Source: an uncultured delta proteobacterium (lineage in GTDB: Bacteria; Desulfobacterota; Desulfomonilia; UBA1062). Taken from it: a stretch of DNA of 64,000 nucleotides. Positions 35,180 through 46,829 of this stretch are shown piece by piece. Position 1 is the first letter of the stretch. Each line of letters begins with the position of its first letter. The notes under the pieces are model-generated. The model had not been told where the DNA came from and did not search any database. It saw only the letters and a program-made list of their open reading frames with translations. The translations under genes and the position numbers were made by a program. The stretch spans positions 224,001 through 288,000 of the forward strand of contig CAVVYZ010000017.1 of NCBI GenBank assembly GCA_963752595.1. Direction: 5' to 3'.

Positions 35180-36550
35180 ATGAAAGACGCAACGAGAACC
35201 ATCATCGGAATTCTGGTTGGAGCAAGTTTAAGTTTCCCTGCCTTTGCCACTGATTTCATCCCGGGAGAGGTCATTGTTAAATTCAAGGCACCTATCCCTC
35301 GGTCTCACTCCGTAATGGTGGCCGAGGAAGCCCGTGCGATCACCGTAGCGGTTGAAGACACCGAAGCGGCTGTTTCCGAGCTGAAAGACCGGGAAGACGT
35401 TGAATACGTTGAGCCGAATTACGTGATCGAAGCGGAATCCGTCCCGGATGACTGGCCTTATGCCGAGACCCTCTGGGGCGATGTCGAGCTTCCCGGAGCC
35501 TGGGATCTCCTTTCAGCGGCCACGCCCGGTCAAAAAGTTACGATCGCAGTGATCGATTCCGGGGTCAGATTGGATCATCCCGACCTTCAGAGCATTCTTA
35601 TCAATGGATACGATTTTGCAAACAATGATCCTACGCCCGAAGACGATGCCGGACACGGGACGAGGGTATGCGGGATCATCGGCGCGCTCGGGGAATAACG
35701 GGGCAGGGATTGCCGGCGTCATTTGGAACATCGATGCGGAAATCATGCCGGTAAAGTTCATGAAGAACAATGACGGCAAGACCACCGGGAGCCTCTCCGA
35801 TGCAGTAAATGCAATCTACTATGCCGTGGACCACGGGGCCGACGTCATCAATGCGAGCTGGGGATTTTACTTCCTATTCCCGCTCCCTCGAAGATGCCAT
35901 ACGGTATGCGAGTGATCAACGGTGTCCTGTTCATCGCTTCAGCAGGAAACACGGGACAGGACAATGACGCAGAGCTGGGCACTATCCTTCCAACTATACC
36001 CTGGATAACATCATCGCTGTGGCTGCAATGAGCAGCGCCGGAGAACTGGCCAGCTTTTCCAATTACGGACTGAACAGCGTGGATATCGCTGCTCCGGGTG
36101 TCGGATTAAGCTCGACGGATAATAACGGCGGATACGTTTCGTGGACATCCGGCACCTCATTTGCCACGCCGTTCGTTACTGCCATAGCGGCCATGATGAG
36201 ATCCCAGTCTCCGGATATGAGCTGTACGGAAGTGCGAAATATCCTCATCAGCACGGTAACGAAAGAAGGCGGACACAAGTTTGACGCTCTCGCAAGCGGT
36301 GGATGCGTGAATGCATACCAAGCGCTTCTGGCAGAGCGAGGCTCGATGATCTCATCGAAAGAATCCGACCCATCGGATCAGCAAACTGAAACGACAACTC
36401 AGCCTGCATCAAGCGGAGAAGGCGGAGGCGGTGGAGGCGGAGGCCTGATCGATAGATTCCAGCCGGAACAGCGGCAGCGCACCTGGCCTCCTCGTGTTCA
36501 TGATCCTTGCGGTTGCGTTCCGGATGCTCAGTTTCCGGCATCTGGGATAG
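35180..36550 (+). CDS. Secreted S8 subtilisin-like serine peptidase with Gly-rich linker and C-terminal TM segment (frameshifted)
   Basis: Signal peptide, YVEPNY prodomain, triad IDSG / GHGT / GTSFATP; tail GGGGGGG...GLLVFMILAVAFRMLSFRHLG*. Confidence 0.85.
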
Positions 36551-36572
36551 CCTATACCACCGCCCCCCTTGC

Positions 36573-36597
36573 AAAAGGGGGGCTACCCCCCCCTTTT
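36573..36597. terminator. Bidirectional intrinsic terminator
   Basis: AAAAGGGGGG-CTAC-CCCCCCTTTT between convergent genes. Confidence 0.7.
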
Positions 36598-36617
36598 ATT
36601 TTCTAACTCTCTTTCGT

Positions 36618-37908
36618 TTATATCGCCTCTATTGACATGGCCATACCCATGCCGCCGCCGATGCAGAGGCGTTGCAAGGCCTAAGCTTACTCCGCGCCGT
36701 TTCATTTCGTTGGCAAGTGCAATGATGAGCCGTGCACCGGTGCAGCCGATGGGGTGGCCGATGGAGATGCCTGAGCCGTTCACATTCGTGATGCTTCATC
36801 TATGCCGAGTTCTCTCATGCAGGCAATGGCCTGAGAAGCGAAGGCCTCGTTGACCTCGAAGAGGCCGTAGTCCTTGATCGATGTCCCGGTGATCCTCAGG
36901 AGCTTCCTGACGGCGGGAATCGGACCGAGTCCCATGTATGCAGGGTCCACTCCGCCGGATGCATATCCCTTGATCCGTGCAATGGGTTTGAGCCCGTACT
37001 CTTTGGCCTTTTCTTCACTCATGACGAGCAGTGCTGCTGCAGCGTCATTGATGCCCGAAGCATTGCCCGCGGTTACGGTCCCGTCTTTCTTGAAGGCAGT
37101 GGCAAGCTTTCCCATCTTTTCCAGGGTGGTGTCCATGGGCCGCTCGTCGGTATCGAAGATGATCGGGTCGCCCTTTTTCTGGGGGATGACAACCGGTACG
37201 ATCTCATCTTTGAGAATCCCGGACTTGATGGCGGCACGAGCCCGTATATGCGATTCTACGCCGAGCTTGTCCTGGTCGTGCCTGTGATACCGTATTTTTC
37301 CGCAATGTTTTCCGCAGTGATGCCCATATGGTACCCGTAGAAGATCTCACACAGGCCGTCAAATACCATAAGATCAGACCGTCTGCCCGTAGGGCATGTC
37401 CATGCGGTATCCCCAGCGGCCTTGGGTAGAGAGATGGGAACTTCGCTCATGTTTTCCATGCCGCCTGCCATGACCACCTCGTTGTCGCCGGCCTTGATGG
37501 TGGCGGCGGCCAAAGCGATGGCCTTCATTCCCGAGGCGCATACCTTGTTGATGGAGATGGCGGGTGTCTCCTTGGGATACCTGCCCGGATCATGGCCTGC
37601 CTGCCGGGGTTCTGGCCCTGTCCTGCCTGGAGGACATTCCCCATGATGACCTCGTCGATCGATATGGGCTGGTTTGTCTCGCGGCCAATTGGAGAATTTT
37701 TGCTCAACCGGAGACAGATCCGGCGTTCTTGAGGAGATCAGGGGCATCTTCCCTGCTGCATGGCGAGGCATCCGGCTTCAGCCCTTCCGAAAGGAGAGTT
37801 TCACGCATCACGAGAGCGCCCAGCTCTTTTGCCGGGATATCTTTCAGAGATCCGCCAAAGGATCCCACAGCTGTCCTCACTACCGTCAACGATTACCACG
37901 TTCCCCAT
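36618..37908 (-). CDS. Acetyl-CoA C-acyltransferase (thiolase; frameshifted)
   Basis: [54 protein letters not shown]. Confidence 0.92.
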
Positions 37909-38058
37909 ATTGCCTCCTTATTCCTTGATTTCATTTCGTTTATCGATATTTCCTCACTATTTCATAAGAGGTGAATCATTGGCAAGAATGGATTCGCCAG
38001 TGCGGATAAGCTCATCCGGGCTCCTTGATAAAAAATGGCCTGGGTGTAAGTTCGCATC

Positions 38059-38943
38059 ATGGACATATGACTATGAAACTCATTCCTGAGGCGGTACTCG
38101 ATGGAGCTGCTGGACCAGAAGGGGCTTTCCAGGGAGACGTACAGGGCGTATCTCAATGACATCAAGCATATGGTGGTTTTTCTGAGGGAGCGCGGGAAGA
38201 CATTCCCGACCGGCTCACGTCCGGTCCTATATGCTCAAGCTCCATACCCCGTATACCCGTACCACCATCAACCGCAAGCTGAGCGCCATCAAGGGTTTCT
38301 TCGACTTTGTCATGAGGCAGCGGCACCTCGCGATGAACCCGTTCGGCCATGTACGGTCGCTGAAGAACCGGGAGACCCTCCCGTGTTCCTGAGCCATGAC
38401 GAGATATTCGACCTCATCGAGGCGGTCACCGATCTCGAGGGACAGGGCGATCCTGGAGCTCCTCTACTCCACCGGTATCCGGGTGGGAGAGGCCGAGGCG
38501 ATGCAGTGCGCCGATGTGGATATGGCCTCCGGGTTTATCCGGGTGACGGGCAAGGGGAACAAACAGAGAACGGTGCCGGTGGGGAGACGGGCCTTGGCTG
38601 CCATTACGGGCTATCTGAAGAGCAGGGGCATACAGGATCCCATCTACTGCAGCGAGCCCCTCTTCCTGAACAGCAGGGGGAAGATGATGAGATCCCGGAG
38701 CATCCGGAGGGTCGTGTACCAGTGGTCTCTGGCAGCGCTGCGGTTGCGCAAACAGGTGAGCCCCCATGTGATCAGGCACACCTTTGCGAGCCATATGCTC
38801 GATGCCGGGAGCCGATCTTCAGGTCCATCCAGGAGATGCTCGGCCATGCGAGCCTCTCCACGACCCAGCAGTATACCCACTTGACCGTAGACAAACTCAT
38901 GGATGTATATGATAAGGCTCATCCGAGGGCAAAGGAGGGATGA
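38059..38943 (+). CDS. xerC: Tyrosine recombinase XerC (frameshifted)
   Basis: [54 protein letters not shown]; conserved synteny with hslVU; start approximate. Confidence 0.88.
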
Positions 38944-39480
38944 ATGGAAATCAGGGGAACGACCATACTCTGCGTCAGGAGGGGCGCGACACGTGGTGCT
39001 TGCCGGCGACGGCCAGGTCACCATGAGCAATGTCGTCCTCAAGGCGAATGCCCGCAAGGTGAGAAAAATCCATGAAGACAAGGTCCTGGCCGGATTCGCC
39101 GGATCGACATCCGATGCGTTCACCCTTTTCGAACGTTTCGAGGACAAAGCTCAAGGAGTACCGCGGCAACCTCACCAGGGCAGCCGTGGAGATGGGCAAG
39201 GACTGGAGGACCGACCGGGTGCTCAGGAGGCTCGAAGCCCTCATGATCGTCGCGGACTACCGCAAGACCTTTCTCCTCTCCGGTACCGGCGATGTGGTCG
39301 AGCCGGATGACAATATCTGCGGCATTGGTTCGGGAGGCCAGTATGCCGTGGCTGCGGCCATGGCCCTTCTCAAGAATACGGATCTGTCTGCCAGGGAAAT
39401 CGCAGAAAAGGCCATGGATATCGCTTCTGATATCTGTATATATACCAATAAAAACCGTAATATTCGAGGAACTGTCATGA
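38944..39480 (+). CDS. hslV: ATP-dependent protease subunit HslV (frameshifted)
   Basis: [43 protein letters not shown]. Confidence 0.93.
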
Positions 39481-40787
39481 GCACCTTACCCCAAAGGAAA
39501 TCGTGACCGAGCTGGATAAATATATCGTCGGCCAGGACAAGGCAAAGCGGGCCGTTGCCATCTCGCTGCGCAACCGCTGGCGCCGTCAGATGGTATCCCC
39601 GGAAATTCGGGAAGATATCTATCCGAAAAATATCATCCTCATCGGCCCTACCGGGGTGGGAAAAACCGAAATCGCACGGCGGCTCGCCAAGCTTGCCGGT
39701 GCGCCCTTCATCAAGGTGGAGGCCTCCAAGTTCACCGAGGTGGGATATGTGGGCAGGGATGTGGAGTCCATCATCCGTGACCTCATGAGGATCGGTATCC
39801 AGATGGTTCAGACGGAGGAGAGCGAGAAGGTAAAGGACAAGGCGCAGGAGATGGCCAAGGAGCGCGTCCTCGACTATCTCCTCCCTGTCAGAAAGAGATG
39901 GCCAGGTCCATGCAGAGAGCAGGGAGAAGATGAGAACATGTTGAAAGAAGGCCTGCTCGATGAGCGGATGATCGAGGTGGAAGCCCGGGAGACCGCAATG
40001 CCCATCGATCGAGATTTTTTCCGGGCAGGGGCTCGAGGAGATGGGCATTGATTTCAAGGAGATGTTCTCCAACTTCATGCCCAAGAAGACCCGGCGCAGA
40101 AAGATGACGGTCAAGGAAGCGCTCGAATTTCATCGCATCCAAAGAGATATCCCGGCCTGATCGACATGGATAAGGTCTCCGAAGAAGCGAGGCAGCGGGT
40201 GGAGAACAACGGCATCGTCTTCGTGGACGAGCTGGACAAGGTGGCCGGAAGGGAATCGGGCCACGGCCCCGATGTGTCGCGGGAAGGGGTGCAGCGGGAT
40301 CTTCTGCCCATTGTGGAGGGACTACGGTGAACACGAAGTTCGGGCCTGTGAGGACGGATCACATCCTCTTCATCGGGTCGGGCGCATTCCATGTGAGCAA
40401 GCCGTCCGATCTCATCCCGGAGCTGCAGGGCAGGTTTCCCATCAGGGAAGAGCTCAACCCCCTGACCCAGCAGGATTTCGTCAGGATCCTACGGAACCGA
40501 AGAATGCCCTGATCAAGCAGTACCAGGCCCTGCTCGCTACCGAGGGGATCGACCTTCAGATACTCGATGATGCGGTTTCAGAGATCGCCCGCATCTCCCA
40601 GTACATCAATGACCATACGGAGAACATCGGGGCCAGGAGGCTCCATACGGTCCTGGAAAAACTCCTTGAGGACATCTCTTTCGAAGCTGCCGAAGCTGCC
40701 GGGAAGATCAGCATTGACGCGCAGTACGTTGCGAAAAGGCTCGATCCCATCATGCAGAAAGAGGACTTGAGCAGGTATATTCTCTGA
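39477..40787 (+). CDS. hslU: ATP-dependent protease ATPase HslU (frameshifted)
   Basis: [56 protein letters not shown]. Confidence 0.95.
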
Positions 40788-40962
40788 TCATCAGGGCATA
40801 TCGTTGCCTTGGAACATCGGCAAAGAGCGGCTTCGCCGCGGGAAAGACATCGTACGCAGATGAATCGCAGCAAAGGGCAACTCTGTGCTTTTCCCGTATC
40901 GTCTCGAATGCAATTCCTTTGGCTTGCAAAGCTGTGGTAAGATGCGCCAAAATGGAGGAGAT

Positions 40963-41934
40963 ATGATCCCTAAAGGAAGATTTGTTACTGATCTCCATGA
41001 CGGAGAAGGAGTTAGGGCTGTTTTCATGGTTTCCGAGCGCAGGATCCTCGTTGCGAGGAACGGAAAGCCGTACGCCAAGATGCTGCTCACCGACAAGTCC
41101 GGTGATGTCCTCGGCATTGTCTGGGAAGACGCCCGGCAGCAGGTTAGTCCCATTGCCCCTGGAGATGTGGTGGGCATCCGGGGAAATGTGGAGTCCTATG
41201 AGGGAAGGGTTCAGATACGGATAGAGAAGATCGTAAAACTCAAGGAAGACGAGGTGGATATGGCTGCCCTTGTCCCCACGACGGGCAAGGATATCCCTGC
41301 CATGATAAAAGAGGTTGATGAGCATCTTGCCGAGATCCGGAATGCATACCTCAAAACCCTTGTAGAGAAGATATTTGCGAGTGACGGAATAAGAGACGCA
41401 TTCCAGAAGGCCCCTGCAGCCAAGGGAATACATCATAATTACATCGGCGGACTTTTGGAGCACACCCTCTATATCATGAGGACAGTGAATGCTCTCTACC
41501 CGATCTATGCGCACCTTGGGCTGAACAAAGACCTGCTCACTACCGGCGCCCTCCTGCATGACATAGGGAAGATCTACGAATATTCGTTCAGCAGGATCAT
41601 CGAGATGACCCCCATGGGCAGGCTCGTAGGTCACATCTACCTCTCGACGCACATTGTCGACCAGGCCATTTCAAAGATCGAAGGTTTCCCCGATGAACTC
41701 AGGCTCCAGCTCCTCCACATCCTGCTGGGACATCACGGCCAGCTGGAATACGGCTCGCCGAAGCTCCCCATGACCAAAGAAGCCATGCTGCTGCATATGC
41801 TCGACGATCTCGATGCAAAGCTCATCGGCTTTTCCTCGATCATCGGGGCTACTCCTGATGAAGAGGAGTTCACCGCCTACTCCGACACATACAGCAGGTA
41901 CCTCTATACAAGGGTATATGATGAGAATTCGTAG
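40963..41934 (+). CDS. YhaM-like 3'-5' exoribonuclease (OB fold + HD domain)
   Basis: NGKPY..L.DKSG, PAAKGIHHNYIGGLLEH, LLHDIGK, HHG..EYGSP. Confidence 0.88.
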   Translation: MIPKGRFVTDLHDGEGVRAVFMVSERRILVARNGKPYAKMLLTDKSGDVLGIVWEDARQQVSPIAPGDVVGIRGNVESYEGRVQIRIEKIVKLKEDEVDMAALVPTTGKDIPAMIKEVDEHLAEIRNAYLKTLVEKIFASDGIRDAFQKAPAAKGIHHNYIGGLLEHTLYIMRTVNALYPIYAHLGLNKDLLTTGALLHDIGKIYEYSFSRIIEMTPMGRLVGHIYLSTHIVDQAISKIEGFPDELRLQLLHILLGHHGQLEYGSPKLPMTKEAMLLHMLDDLDAKLIGFSSIIGATPDEEEFTAYSDTYSRYLYTRVYDENS

Positions 41935-42012
41935 ATACCTCTTTCCAAAACAGAGGCCACACCACGCATGAGGTCTGAACGTACGGGAAGAAGCTTTTAA
42001 GGAGGCAGTTCT

Positions 42013-42615
42013 ATGGGGAACGGACTGAGCGAAAAGCATGGTCAAGCCCTGGTGAAGATGGCGAGGAGGACGATCGAGGACAGCCTGGACATCCGGGTGA
42101 ATAGCGAGGATCCGGCTGACGCGGTTTTGAAGGATGCTGTTATGCGCGAAAAGCACGGAGTCTTTGTAACATTGACAAAGAGAGGCCAGCTCAGAGGGTG
42201 CATCGGTTTTCTCGAAGGACGGGAATCCGTGGTGGATGCGGTGAGGCACAATGCCATGAATGCTGCATTCAGCGATCCCCGATTTCCTCCCCTGAAGGTG
42301 TCCGAACTGAAGGATCTCGATATCGAGGTAAGCGTCCTTACCGACCCCAAAGTGCTCGAGTATCGCGGTCCTTCCGACCTTCTGGCAAAGCTTAACCCGG
42401 GAATCGATGGCGTGATCATCCGCTATGGTCTTTCCTCTGCAACCTTCCTGCCCCAGGTCTGGGAACAACTGCCCGGCAAGGGGGAATTCTTAAGCCACCT
42501 CTGCCTCAAGGCAGGGCTGCCAACGAATGCCTGGAAGAAGAATTCCTTAGAGGTCCTGACTTACCAGGTCCGGTATTTCGAAGAGCGCAAGGAACACGCC
42601 GAAGATATCAGCTGA
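42013..42615 (+). CDS. amrA: AmmeMemoRadiSam system protein A (AMMECR1 family)
   Basis: GVFVTL..LRGCIG, AAFSDPRF, IEVSVLT, ATFLPQVWE, LCLKAG. Confidence 0.92.
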   Translation: MGNGLSEKHGQALVKMARRTIEDSLDIRVNSEDPADAVLKDAVMREKHGVFVTLTKRGQLRGCIGFLEGRESVVDAVRHNAMNAAFSDPRFPPLKVSELKDLDIEVSVLTDPKVLEYRGPSDLLAKLNPGIDGVIIRYGLSSATFLPQVWEQLPGKGEFLSHLCLKAGLPTNAWKKNSLEVLTYQVRYFEERKEHAEDIS

Positions 42616-43549
42616 TCGTGAGCCAGCGGTACTCCCGTATATGATCCAGAAGCTCGTAAATGATTTCCTGGCTCTCAGTGGAGCAGGCGCGGGAAGAGAA
42701 TATGCTCCTTAACCGCGGCGTTCTGCTTAAGGAGATGAGATCGAGCAGAGCACCGCTGCGCACGGTTTTCCCATGAGCTTCGGCTATCTTGATCAGGTGA
42801 GAAAACCGGATGGTGAACTCGCTGTGCTTGTAAAGCTTTATCTCGCGGGGGTATGCATCAAGGGCTAACGCTCTTTTCAGATAGTCCATATCTTCGGGTA
42901 TAATGGGATCGGACGAGTGTTCGGAGAGAAACGCAGGGGTGTTTTTCCTGCAGACGGCCTCGACAAGCTTCAGTGCCCCTATATTCAGGTTGAAAAAATC
43001 TTTTTCCGGGATTTCAAGCTTATAGGCCTGTATGAAGTGCAAAGCCTCATCCGGTATCTCTGCCGGATCGATATTGGTCATGGTGTTCAGATCCCCAAGG
43101 ACCTCGTTCATGATAATGAGATCTATACCGTTTAACGCATCGATGATTTCATGAATATCTGCCTGGATAGGCGTAATTCTGGAAAGCCATGGATAGAGAT
43201 TCCGGAGCTGCCGTTTCAGGAGCTTTCCCGAGAGATCGATCATATAGACGCGGCTTATGAAGCCATCATACTCGCTGAGAAGTCCGGACATGAGGCTTCC
43301 ATATCCGCCGCCTATCTCGCATATGATCGATCCGTTTTTCAGGAGCCCGTTCTGAGTCAGGAAGTCTCCGATCATCGCACCGTAGCTTCGCGGGGATTCC
43401 AGCATGATTCCATAAGGCGAATCCGTAGTGGAAAAAGATTCGCAGATGGTAAACTCCTTCATGAGGTCTATGGTTGTCTCTCTGTGGAAATCCCTGGTCG
43501 AATTCATCCCAGCCATGGGTGCAGATCTATACAGTACTTCCAGGGGCAT
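42608..43549 (-). CDS. Class I SAM-dependent methyltransferase
   Basis: EIGGGYG motif I, IDLS, ADI, MNEVLGD. Confidence 0.72.
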   Translation of the reverse strand: MPLEVLYRSAPMAGMNSTRDFHRETTIDLMKEFTICESFSTTDSPYGIMLESPRSYGAMIGDFLTQNGLLKNGSIICEIGGGYGSLMSGLLSEYDGFISRVYMIDLSGKLLKRQLRNLYPWLSRITPIQADIHEIIDALNGIDLIIMNEVLGDLNTMTNIDPAEIPDEALHFIQAYKLEIPEKDFFNLNIGALKLVEAVCRKNTPAFLSEHSSDPIIPEDMDYLKRALALDAYPREIKLYKHSEFTIRFSHLIKIAEAHGKTVRSGALLDLISLSRTPRLRSIFSSRACSTESQEIIYELLDHIREYRWLTIS

Positions 43550-43623
43550 GTACAGGATGATCTTGAGTTACTTGCCCCACTTGTTATAAGGTAATCCCAT
43601 GTAGTGACCATGGAGGTGCAACT

Positions 43624-45012
43624 ATGCAAAAATCCATTAGAACCTGTCTTTTGTGTACTCTCCTCATCTTTGTTTTCATCTGTACGTCACAAGCCCAAAC
43701 ACCGCAGCCTTCGCAGAAGAACTGGGTGGAAGATGCAGCCGATAAAGTTCTCCCGTCGGTTGTGAATATTTCATCCACGAAAAAGGTAAAGGTGAGTCCG
43801 TCTCCATTTTCCAATGACCCCTTCTTCAGGGATTTCTTCGGCGGCGGAGTTCCCCGGGAGCGCATCCAGCGAGCGCTGGGGTCCGGGGTTATCGTTTCCC
43901 GGGACGGCTATATCGTTACCAATAACCACGTTGTTGGTGGCGCGGACGAGGTGGAGGTGCGGCTCTCCGATGAAAGGGTATTCCCCGCGAAGATCATCGG
44001 CACAGATCCGAAAAGCGATCTTGCGGTTATAAAGATCGAAGCCAAGAATCTCCCGGTTATCAGGATCGGAGATTCAACGAAGCTCAGGGTGGGCAACTTC
44101 GTGCTGGCAGTCGGGAACCCGTTCGGCCTCGAAGGTACGGTCACACACGGAATCATCAGTGCGTTGGGACGCACCGGCTTGAATATCGGTGTCGACTATG
44201 AGAACTTTATCCAGACCGATGCGCCGATTAACCCGGGGAATTCGGGAGGGGCTCTGGTGAATACGGATGGCGAGCTCATCGGGATCAATACCGCGATCCT
44301 CTCAGGGTCCGGAACAAATGTGGGGATCGGGTTTGCAATCCCTGCCAATCTCGCCATGAATATCGTAAGGAGCATCGAAAAGACCGGGAAGGTGGTCCGT
44401 GGCTGGCTCGGCGTGACTGTGCAGGAGGTTACCCCGCAGATTGCAAAGGCCATGGGACTTGAGATCCCGAAAGGTGCGCTGGTTGCCGAGGTGGCCAAAA
44501 ATTCTCCCGCGGGCAAGGCAGGGATCAAGCAGGGAGACATTATTGCAACCATTGACGGCAATGAAGTCAAAGACGCCTCCAGCATACGGCTCCTCGTATC
44601 GGAGATCCTTCCCGGCACTAAAGTTCCTATCCGTGTGATTCGTGGAGGCAAGGTCATGACCTTCAACGTGACTATGGGCGATCTCGCCAAGGCGGAAATT
44701 CCCGAACTTAAATATACGGTGAAGGACAACAGGTTCCTTGAGGGCGCGACCGTCTCTAACCTGACACAACCCGCACGAGAGGCGTTGCAAATCGGCACGA
44801 ATATTCAGGGGGTCGTGGTCATTGCGGTCGAGAACGGTTCGGCAGCTGCAAGCGTGGGCGTCAGGCCGGGCGATGTGATCGTGGAGATAAACAGCCTGAA
44901 AATAGGGAATATTTCTGAATTCAAACAGGCGCTGGGCAAGATGGAAGGGAAAAAGGCAACTGTCAGCATCTACAGGCAGGGAATGCTCCTGACCATGACG
45001 CTTATCAGGTAA
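43624..45012 (+). CDS. Do/DegQ-family HtrA serine protease with two PDZ domains
   Basis: Signal peptide, GSGVI, TNNHV, DLAV, INPGNSGG, two PDZ domains. Confidence 0.95.
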   Translation: MQKSIRTCLLCTLLIFVFICTSQAQTPQPSQKNWVEDAADKVLPSVVNISSTKKVKVSPSPFSNDPFFRDFFGGGVPRERIQRALGSGVIVSRDGYIVTNNHVVGGADEVEVRLSDERVFPAKIIGTDPKSDLAVIKIEAKNLPVIRIGDSTKLRVGNFVLAVGNPFGLEGTVTHGIISALGRTGLNIGVDYENFIQTDAPINPGNSGGALVNTDGELIGINTAILSGSGTNVGIGFAIPANLAMNIVRSIEKTGKVVRGWLGVTVQEVTPQIAKAMGLEIPKGALVAEVAKNSPAGKAGIKQGDIIATIDGNEVKDASSIRLLVSEILPGTKVPIRVIRGGKVMTFNVTMGDLAKAEIPELKYTVKDNRFLEGATVSNLTQPAREALQIGTNIQGVVVIAVENGSAAASVGVRPGDVIVEINSLKIGNISEFKQALGKMEGKKATVSIYRQGMLLTMTLIR

Positions 45013-45020
45013 AGACTGTA

Positions 45021-45473
45021 ATGCGTACGGTGATCCAGAGGGTGCATGATGCGTCGGTTTCCGTAGATGGGGAAGAGCTTTCCAGGATTGGTAAGGGCTT
45101 GTGCTGCCTTATCGGAGTAGAGGCAGGAGACGGGGGTGATGATGTCGAGTATATCTCACGCAAGATTGTAAGCCTCAGGATTTTCGATGACGAGAAGGGA
45201 GTCATGAATATCGACGTAGGTGAGGCACAGGGCGAGATACTCATGGTGTCCCAGTTTACCCTGCTGGGTGATGTACGGAAAGGAAGAAGGCCTTCCTACT
45301 CGTCGGCTGAGCCGCCCATTCCGGCGCAGGCGATTTTCGATCAGGCAGTTTCCCGTGTTTCATCCCTGCACCAGGGAAGGGTCGCCACAGGGAAATACCA
45401 GGCCGAGATGGATGTCCGCATCAATAACCATGGCCCGGTAACCATTCTCCTGGACAGCAGAAAGCTCTTTTAA
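45021..45473 (+). CDS. dtd: D-aminoacyl-tRNA deacylase
   Basis: VIQRV, LRIFDD, SQFTL, KGRRPS, NHGPVT. Confidence 0.95.
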   Translation: MRTVIQRVHDASVSVDGEELSRIGKGLCCLIGVEAGDGGDDVEYISRKIVSLRIFDDEKGVMNIDVGEAQGEILMVSQFTLLGDVRKGRRPSYSSAEPPIPAQAIFDQAVSRVSSLHQGRVATGKYQAEMDVRINNHGPVTILLDSRKLF

Positions 45474-45485
45474 GGAAGCTTTTTC

Positions 45486-45833
45486 TTATCTGAACGTATT
45501 GATCCGCTCAAGGAGTTTGTTTTCAGGCATGGCTCCCACGATGTCTCCCGCCTTCTGGCCGTCCTTGAAAACTATCAGGTTGGGGATGGAGCGGATGCCG
45601 TACTTTGATGCGGTCTGAGGATTGCTCTCCACATCGAGCTTAGCAAAGACGATATCCCCCTGGTATTTTTTTGCCATGCCCTCGATGATCGGTCCCAGCA
45701 TCCTGCATGGGCCGCACCACTCCGCCCAGCAGTCAACGATGATGAACGGATACTTCGCTATGGCCTTGTCGATATCTGTATCAGTCAAAACGATAGGGTG
45801 GTCGGGATTGTCCACGAATTTTTCCTCGCTCAT
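45486..45833 (-). CDS. trxA: Thioredoxin
   Basis: WCGPC active site. Confidence 0.95.
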   Translation of the reverse strand: MSEEKFVDNPDHPIVLTDTDIDKAIAKYPFIIVDCWAEWCGPCRMLGPIIEGMAKKYQGDIVFAKLDVESNPQTASKYGIRSIPNLIVFKDGQKAGDIVGAMPENKLLERINTFR

Positions 45834-45866
45834 AGAAAGTCTCCTTATTTTGTTAAGATGTCAATG

Positions 45867-46826
45867 TCAGTGCGCACTCCAGGCGGCATAGGAGGTCCCT
45901 TTCATCTCCTGGACATACTGTTCCGATGCAAATGCCGCAGTTGCCCCGTCGCCGCAGGCTGTCACCACCTGGCGCAGCAGCTTCTTCGTGCAGTCTCCGC
46001 AGGCAAAGATTCCTTTTGCAGAGGTCCTCATCTCACCATCAACCTGGATGAATCCTTTCTCGTCACATTCGACCAGGCCTTTGGCAAATTCGGTGTTGGG
46101 TACGTTGCCGGTAAAAATGAATACCCCCTGGACTTCCAATGTCTGTTTTTTATCTGGATCGCCGACATCGCTTACCCTGACTGCCTTCACAACATCGTCA
46201 CCGATCACTTCATCTATCACCGAATTCCACATGAAATCGATTTTTTCATTGGCAAAAGACTGGTCTTGGAGCACTTTGGTCGCCCGAAGACGCTCGCGAC
46301 GGTGGATCATGGTCACTTTCTTTGCAAACCTGGTGAGGAAGACGGCCTCCTGCACCGCTGCATTCCCGCCGCCCACTACCACGACATGCGCATCGCGGTA
46401 GAACGGTCCGTCGCAGGTTGCACAATAGGATACGCCCCTTCCGGTATACTTCTGCTCGCCCGGTACATTGAGGTGGGCGTACTCCGTGCCTGATGCTAGG
46501 ATGATCGAGCAGGCATCATAGGCATGATCAGAAACGTGGACCCTCCAAGCATCTTTGCCTTCATGGGCAATCTTTTCGAGGGAGGAGACATCGCTTTCGA
46601 TTATTTCGAGACCGAAAGACAAGGCCTGGTCTTTGAATCGTTCTATGAGCTCGAACCCGTTGATTCCTCCCGGGAAACCCGGGTAGTTCTCAACCAGATC
46701 CGTGGTGGTGATCAGGCTCGGATTTACCTGGCTTGTGAGCATCAGCGTTTTGAGTTTCGAACGGGATGCATAAATACCAGCAGTCAGGCCTGCCGGACCT
46801 GACCCGATGATGATTATGTCATGCAT
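45867..46826 (-). CDS. trxB: Thioredoxin-disulfide reductase
   Basis: GSGPAG, VENYPG, SYCATCDG, GGGNAA.E, HRR, QVVTACGDG. Confidence 0.96.
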   Translation of the reverse strand: MHDIIIIGSGPAGLTAGIYASRSKLKTLMLTSQVNPSLITTTDLVENYPGFPGGINGFELIERFKDQALSFGLEIIESDVSSLEKIAHEGKDAWRVHVSDHAYDACSIILASGTEYAHLNVPGEQKYTGRGVSYCATCDGPFYRDAHVVVVGGGNAAVQEAVFLTRFAKKVTMIHRRERLRATKVLQDQSFANEKIDFMWNSVIDEVIGDDVVKAVRVSDVGDPDKKQTLEVQGVFIFTGNVPNTEFAKGLVECDEKGFIQVDGEMRTSAKGIFACGDCTKKLLRQVVTACGDGATAAFASEQYVQEMKGTSYAAWSAH

Positions 46827-46829
46827 AGC

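Noticed and set aside
38059-38943. Tyrosine recombinase as an integrase of a mobile element
   Set aside because: Size, motifs and xerC-hslV-hslU synteny indicate chromosomal XerC.
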